This document shows positions 59,201 to 64,000 of a DNA stretch of 64,000 nucleotides, piece by piece. Source of the stretch: Verrucomicrobiaceae bacterium (GTDB lineage: Bacteria; Verrucomicrobiota; Verrucomicrobiia; Verrucomicrobiales; Akkermansiaceae); NCBI GenBank assembly GCA_051252135.1, contig JBPOGH010000015.1, forward strand, positions 60,848-124,847. The letters run 5' to 3'. The translations under genes and the position numbers were made by a program. The notes beneath the pieces are model-generated. The model ran no database searches. It was not told where the DNA came from and worked only from the letters and a program-made list of their open reading frames with translations. Each line of letters begins with the position of its first letter. The first letter of the stretch is position 1.

Positions 59201-60816
59201 GCTACCAGCTCAACATGTCCACTTCCTCCTCCGGCATCATCTACTACACCACCGATGGCACCGACCCCCGACTCCCCGGCGGCTCCATTTCACCCAACGC
59301 CATCCCCTTCACTCCCTCCGGAACCATCGTTCAATCCGTGATCTCGTTCGGCGATGTCTGGAAATACCTCGACAATGGCTCAAACCAAGGCTCCGCCTGG
59401 CAGGCTCCCGCCTTCAACGACAATTCATGGGCCAGCGGCGCCACCGAGCTCGGCTACAACCAGAGCAACACCAACACCACCATCTCCTTCGGAGGCGATG
59501 AGGACAACAAGCACATCACCACCTACTTCCGAAAGGAGTTCTCCATCACCAACCTCTCTGAAATCACCGCTGCCGAAATCGGAATCGTCCGCGATGACGG
59601 TGCCGTCGTCTACCTCAACGGAACCGAACTCGAACGCATCAATCTCCCCGCAAGCCCCACTGCCATCACTTATCTCACCGAGGCTGAAGACGCCATCAGC
59701 AGCGCCAATGAACCGGTCCCCGTCATCTTCTCCTTCTCCCCCTCTCTTCTCGTCAACGGCACCAACACCCTCGCCGTCGAGATGCACCAGGCCGCCCCGG
59801 ATAGCTCCGACCTCAGCTTCAACCTCGAGCTCAACCTCACCCGCTCCACCACAGGCGGGGACCAACTCACCCTCGCCGATAACACCCACATCCGCGCCCG
59901 CACCAAGGGCTCCGATTGGTCCGGACAAACCGAAGCCTTCTTCACCATCAACGGCCTCACCCCCCTCCTCCCGCAGGAAATCACCATTTCCGAAATCCAT
60001 TACAATCCCGACGGCCAAAGCGAAAACACCGAATTCCTCGAACTCCTCAACACCGGCACCCGACCCGTCAACCTCCGCAATGCCCGCTTCTCCCTCGGCA
60101 TCACCTACGACTTCCCCAAGGACTGGGACACCATCATCCACCCGAACCAACGCCTCGTCATCGTCGGCAGCCTCTACGACATGAACCAACTCCACGGACT
60201 CGGCCTCCCCATCGCCGGCATCCACAAAGGAAACTTCAACAACGGCGGCGAACAAATCACCCTCGTCGATGCCGACTCCACCATCCTCGCGGACCTCACT
60301 TACGCCGACCTCTGGCCCTGGCCCGAAGCACCCGATGGCGACGGCCCCAGCCTCACCCTCATCCAAAACGGCCCCCTCAACTCCCCCGACTCCTGGCGCT
60401 CCAGCATCGCCCCCAACGGAACCCCCGGCAGAAATGACAACACCACCTTCACCGGCAATCCCCTCGCCGATGACGACGGCAACGGCCTCAGCAACCTCCT
60501 CGACCACGCCCTCGGAAACTCCCTCGTCGCCTCGGAAGCCTTCCCCGCCATCACCACCGTCTCCTTCAATGACGGCACCGGACCAAAGGACTACCTCGGC
60601 GTCAGCTACCGCGCAAACCTCACCGACCCGAACCTCAACTTCATCATCGAAGTCTCCCCCGACCTCGTCAACTGGACCGACGGCCCCACCGCCACCCAAC
60701 TCGCCGAACGCGTCGATCAGGGCGATGGCACCGCCAACATCATCATGCGCTCCGCCACCCCCGTCTCCGCTCTCCCCCGCCAGTTCATCCGCCTCAAGGT
60801 CGCCCAAACACCCTAG
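56227..60816 (+). CDS. Large secreted lamin-tail / F-type-lectin-like / CotH kinase / chitobiase-FN3-associated protein
   Basis: Signal peptide; two LTDs (ITEFMASN..SDWIEIYN; ISEIHYNP..EFLELLN); IRYTTDG/YYTTDGTDPR; CotH-like YVNGTYQGMYHLRER; galactose-binding-like DDGAVVYLNG; C-terminal tail. Confidence 0.85.
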   Translation: MMFLRSLFLILLGSLSLPAAPLITEFMASNDATLNDEDGDSSDWIEIYNPGPASVDLTGYHLSNSPGFPTLWAFPAITLPSDTYLIVFASAKDRAIAGSELHTNFKLSASGGHLSLSDDTGTLLSSFNFPAQDQDVSYGESQALIESQLTGTSVPQILIPGSAGQLPSNWNSLSYTPGASWITGTAPTSVGYDTSGTSGPGTGGATAQNLAPGGTATQSSTLSGYPAELAIDGLTNNFTHTTSGDPDPTWTLDLGSRALLSEVTLNNRNGCCPQRLRDITVQVLDADGVTVVYQSELLNPNNEDNGPGLINIDFIGATGSEIIGQIIRVKRTPDPNSSGNDAATISLSEVQVMGIPSFGFDSLIEDDIETEAHNTNASAFVRIPFDVTDTSVFAALDLQMRYDAGFVAYLNGTEVARQNAPASPAWNSAATTERDNLEVLEFETINLNSDLGLLTNGTNVLAIHMLNSAAGDQDFLITPRLIAGQSNTNGAGFLATPTPGSENLSAWYLDKVADTSFDINRGYYDSPFSLNITTLTPGASIRYTTDGTPPSETEGILYTGPISITETTVIRAIAYRNAYRSTDIDSHTYLFRDDIIASSVMDTAITQNGTYAPQMRDALTDLPAISLSFTGGIDRTEKAASVELIGFENGDLQVDAGMERFGNYVTNFDKRNIRLNFRSLYGPKNLNYPLFQGHEHNLCAVDSFDSLDLRTGSHDMVSRGFYMSNRFMDDTHLDMGHLNPHGRFTHIYVNGTYQGMYHLRERWNADMHANYLGGKETDYEAVASNRGGGGFSAATPYDGDGSAWANVISLRSDYANLKNYLNVPQFIDFMLLLNCGNCEAEHRAVGPVGIGSGYTFYHNDGDGFTRNPPDRTGHAGPESLWEDLLAEGHPDFKILLADRIEKHFRNGGAMTPEKAIPRLTERTDQIARAFFAESARWGYRTPDSWASARDSYINNTLSTLDNTVYSRFDSAGYLPSASAPAFSQHGGSVTSGYQLNMSTSSSGIIYYTTDGTDPRLPGGSISPNAIPFTPSGTIVQSVISFGDVWKYLDNGSNQGSAWQAPAFNDNSWASGATELGYNQSNTNTTISFGGDEDNKHITTYFRKEFSITNLSEITAAEIGIVRDDGAVVYLNGTELERINLPASPTAITYLTEAEDAISSANEPVPVIFSFSPSLLVNGTNTLAVEMHQAAPDSSDLSFNLELNLTRSTTGGDQLTLADNTHIRARTKGSDWSGQTEAFFTINGLTPLLPQEITISEIHYNPDGQSENTEFLELLNTGTRPVNLRNARFSLGITYDFPKDWDTIIHPNQRLVIVGSLYDMNQLHGLGLPIAGIHKGNFNNGGEQITLVDADSTILADLTYADLWPWPEAPDGDGPSLTLIQNGPLNSPDSWRSSIAPNGTPGRNDNTTFTGNPLADDDGNGLSNLLDHALGNSLVASEAFPAITTVSFNDGTGPKDYLGVSYRANLTDPNLNFIIEVSPDLVNWTDGPTATQLAERVDQGDGTANIIMRSATPVSALPRQFIRLKVAQTP

Positions 60817-60911
60817 CCAGATCCTAAATCCCTCTCACCTTCCACGGCAACTACGGCTGCCAACGTCATCTTTTCGATCAAAAAGCAGAAGAACGGGCGT
60901 AAGCTAAAATC

Positions 60912-61598
60912 ATGCTCCGCCTCCTGCTCATTCTCGCTCTCACTCTCAATGCCCACGCCCTCAATTGGGAAAAAATCTTCAAACCCCAAGCGGGCTGGCA
61001 AACCTCCACCACCGCCGATCCCGATGGCAAAGCCCTCAAAATCATCACCGGCGAAAAACCCTTCTTCATCACCAACGCCCTAAATCCCAAAAAGGCGGGC
61101 TACCTCCAAACCGCCGAACAATTCGGCGACTGCACCGTCGAAGCCGAATTCCTCATCCCTCAGGGATCCAACTCCGGCATCTACCTCCAGGGCCGATACG
61201 AAATCCAAATCCTCGACAGCCACGGCAAAGACAAACCCACCGATGGCGACATGGGAGCCGTCTACCACCGCTGGGATGACAAACGCACCCCCAAGGGCTT
61301 CGAGGGACACGCCCCCAAAGTCAACGCCGCCCAACCCGCCGGCCAATGGCAAAAACTCCTCATCAAGTTCCGCGCCCCCCGCTTCAATAAAGACGGCACC
61401 CTCCTCGAAAAACCCCGCTTCCTCTCCGTCCACCTCAACGGCCAACTCGTGCAGCAAAACGTCACCCTCCACGGCCCCACCCGCTCCGCCCAACGCAGCG
61501 GCTTCACCGCCACCGATCACCACTTCATCCAAGGCGACCACGGCCCCATCGCCTTCCGCAAATTCCTCGTCACCCCCGGGGATTTTTCCCAAAATTAG
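60912..61598 (+). CDS. DUF1080 family secreted protein
   Basis: Signal peptide; FGDC.VEAEF, SNSGIYLQGRYEIQILDS, GQWQ...I.FRAPRF, QGDHGPIAFR. Confidence 0.88.
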   Translation: MLRLLLILALTLNAHALNWEKIFKPQAGWQTSTTADPDGKALKIITGEKPFFITNALNPKKAGYLQTAEQFGDCTVEAEFLIPQGSNSGIYLQGRYEIQILDSHGKDKPTDGDMGAVYHRWDDKRTPKGFEGHAPKVNAAQPAGQWQKLLIKFRAPRFNKDGTLLEKPRFLSVHLNGQLVQQNVTLHGPTRSAQRSGFTATDHHFIQGDHGPIAFRKFLVTPGDFSQN

Positions 61599-61691
61599 GG
61601 CCCACTTCGCATCTAGCTCGAAAAAACGGTAGATTTCCCCCATTCATCCCGTAACTTGCCGGTGGACAAGTTGTCATACATCGAATCTCCC

Positions 61692-64000
61692 ATGATCCAG
61701 CGCCTGCTCATCACCCTATTCTCCATCACTCCTCTCTCTCAGTCCTTTGGACAGGAAGCGGTGACCTACAACACCGACGTCCGCCCCATCCTCTCCGACA
61801 AGTGCTTCCTCTGCCACGGCCCCGATAAAAAGAACAACAAGGCCGACCTCCGCCTCGACACCCCCGAAGGAGCCTTCGCCGCCCTCGGAAAATCCGGAAA
61901 TAAACACGCCATCGTCCCCGGCTCTCTCGAAAAATCCGAAGCCTGGCGCCGCATCATTTCCTCCGATCCCGACGAGGTCATGCCCACCCCCAAGTCCAAA
62001 CTCCCCACGCTCACCGACGACGAAAAACGCATCGTCGCACGCTGGATCGAGCAAGGCGCCGAATACCAACCCCACTGGTCCTTCGTCCCCCTCCCCGACC
62101 AAATCCCCGTCCCTTCGGTTGAGGACACCGCGTGGCCCCAAAACGCCATCGATCACTTCGTCGCCGCCAAGCTCGAAACCGAATCCCTCGACCCATCTCC
62201 CGAGGCCGACCCCATCCGCCTCCTCCGCCGCGTCACTCTCGATCTCACCGGCCTCCCTCCCACCCTCGCTCAAATCGACTCCTTCAAAAAGGACCTCCAG
62301 GCCGATCCCGCCACCGCCTACGAAAAGCACGTCGACTCCCTCCTCGGCACCATCGAATACGCCGAACACATGGCCCTCGATTGGCTCGATACCGCGCGCT
62401 ACGCCGATACCTGGGGCTACCACGCCGACATGGACTTCACCGCCTGGCCTTACCGCGACTGGGTCGTCAAAGCCTACCGGGAGGACATGGGATACGACCA
62501 ATTCCTCACCTGGAACATCGCCGGCGACCTCCTCCCCAACGCCACCCCCGAACAAAAACTCGCCACCGCCTACAACCGCTTCAACCGCATGACCAACGAG
62601 GGCGGCTCAAGCAACCTCGAATTCTTCGTCGATGGCGTAGCCGACCGCGTCAACACCCTCGGCACCTCTGTCCTCGGCCTCACCATGGAGTGCTCCAAGT
62701 GCCACGACCACAAATACGACCCCATCACCGCCAAGGACTACTTCCAGCTCTTCTCTTTCTTCAATTCCATCAACGAAGACGGCCTCTACATCCACGGCAA
62801 CATCTCCCCTCCCCCCAGCGTCCTCCTTCCCACCGAAGCCCAGGAAGCAAAGTACGAAGAACTTCGGAAAAACGCCGCCTCCCTCGGGGAAAAACTCGCC
62901 ACCATCAAAACGAACGCCCTCCCCGCCTTCGAAGCATGGAAAGCCACCTTCGACCCCCAAGTCCCCCTCACCATCGCCGATCAAACCGCCTCCTTCGACT
63001 TCAACAAATCAAACCCCAAGCCCCTCGAATCCCGCATCCAACCCGCCGATCCGCCCAAGGATAAGGACGGAAAAGCAAAACCCCTCGCCATCTCACTCAA
63101 GGCCCCCGCCTACGTCGAAGGCCCCGCCGGAAACGACACCGCCGTCGCGCTCAATGGCGACTTCGGAGCCTCCATGCCCGGCCACTTCCTCAAGGACCGC
63201 TACACCCCCTTCACCATGGCCCTTTGGGTAAAAGACACTCTCCGTGAAGAACGCTCCGTCGTCATCGCCCAGCGCTGCCACGGCACCGAGGTCGGATACA
63301 ATGGCGTCGATCTTCGAATCGAAGACGGCTACCTCCACGCCCGCGTCTTCCGCGCCTGGCCGGACAACGGCATCGGCATCAAGTCACTCAAGCAACTCCC
63401 CAAAGACGAGTGGCACCACCTCACCTACACCTACGATGGCCTCAGCAAGGCCTCCGGCCTCAAACTCTACCTCGATGGTGAACTCATCGAAACCGAGGTC
63501 ACCAACGACAAACTCTACAAAAGCGTCAACACCAAGACCTACGGCAATGGCGACTTCACCCTCGGCGCCATCTTCCGCGGCCCCGGATTCAAAGGCGGAC
63601 ACGTCGACCACCTCACCACCTTCGACCGCCCCCTCACCCCCCTCGAGATCAAGCAAATCGCCGGTCGGAAAAACGACCCCATCTCAGACGCCGACCTCTT
63701 CCCCTACTTCCTCGCCAACCACCACCCCGAATACCGGCAAACCGTCGCCGACCTCGAAAAGGCCCACCAAGCCCTCGTCCAACACGAGGACTCCTTCATC
63801 GAGGTCCCCGTCATGGAGGAAATGCCCGAGCCTCGTCCCGCCTACATCCTCGCCCGCGGTGATTTCAACGCCCCCCGCACCCCGGACGTCCGCGTCCAAC
63901 GCGACTCCCTCAGCTTCCTCATCCCCTTCCCGGAAGACGCCCCCCGTGACCGCCTCGGCCTCGCCCAATGGCTCACCCTCCCCAACCACCCCCTCACCTC
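61692..64000 (+). CDS. PSD1/planctomycete cytochrome c protein with LamG insert (3' end runs off the window)
   Basis: Not in the ORF track. Manual translation gives MIQRLLITL...VRPILSDKCFLCHGPD, in-frame CSKCHDHKYDP at 62691, LamG-like EWHHLTYTYDG...LYLDG, then DRLGLAQWL...HPLT. Confidence 0.9.
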   Translation, partial: MIQRLLITLFSITPLSQSFGQEAVTYNTDVRPILSDKCFLCHGPDKKNNKADLRLDTPEGAFAALGKSGNKHAIVPGSLEKSEAWRRIISSDPDEVMPTPKSKLPTLTDDEKRIVARWIEQGAEYQPHWSFVPLPDQIPVPSVEDTAWPQNAIDHFVAAKLETESLDPSPEADPIRLLRRVTLDLTGLPPTLAQIDSFKKDLQADPATAYEKHVDSLLGTIEYAEHMALDWLDTARYADTWGYHADMDFTAWPYRDWVVKAYREDMGYDQFLTWNIAGDLLPNATPEQKLATAYNRFNRMTNEGGSSNLEFFVDGVADRVNTLGTSVLGLTMECSKCHDHKYDPITAKDYFQLFSFFNSINEDGLYIHGNISPPPSVLLPTEAQEAKYEELRKNAASLGEKLATIKTNALPAFEAWKATFDPQVPLTIADQTASFDFNKSNPKPLESRIQPADPPKDKDGKAKPLAISLKAPAYVEGPAGNDTAVALNGDFGASMPGHFLKDRYTPFTMALWVKDTLREERSVVIAQRCHGTEVGYNGVDLRIEDGYLHARVFRAWPDNGIGIKSLKQLPKDEWHHLTYTYDGLSKASGLKLYLDGELIETEVTNDKLYKSVNTKTYGNGDFTLGAIFRGPGFKGGHVDHLTTFDRPLTPLEIKQIAGRKNDPISDADLFPYFLANHHPEYRQTVADLEKAHQALVQHEDSFIEVPVMEEMPEPRPAYILARGDFNAPRTPDVRVQRDSLSFLIPFPEDAPRDRLGLAQWLTLPNHPLT

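Overview
Gene-dense bacterial chromosome segment, very probably from Verrucomicrobiota (PVC superphylum). This assignment is inferred from the PSD1/DUF1553-DUF1501 pairs, the DUF1080 and lamin-tail/CotH proteins, and the intergenic repeat types. Positions 1-43 kb are mostly housekeeping: trpE (partial), glgP, L31 type B, accD, birA, nadC, nth, cimA, tRNA-Arg(CCT), ftsY, a sigma54 two-component pair, xseB-dxs, kdsD, nupC, bamA, tig-clpP, ilvA and lysS. Embedded in that stretch are an ExbB-ExbD-ExbD-TPR-TPR operon with no TonB, a multi-hairpin candidate ncRNA upstream of an MFS transporter, and an Rrf2/NsrR-like regulator with a doubled palindromic operator between two c-type heme protein genes. 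Positions 43-64 kb are an accessory block of exported proteins: three PSD1 cytochrome proteins with swapped central domains, two Tat-exported DUF1501 proteins, two DUF1080 proteins, and a 1530-aa CotH/lamin-tail protein with an F-type-lectin-like domain. Two unrelated secreted proteins share the same C-terminal tail. The + strand is strongly C-rich regardless of gene orientation. I saw no CRISPR array, rRNA, transposase or integrase. The supplied ORF 36750..38102 is labelled '+', but its translation is encoded on the minus strand. All family assignments come from motif recognition by eye, not from database searches.
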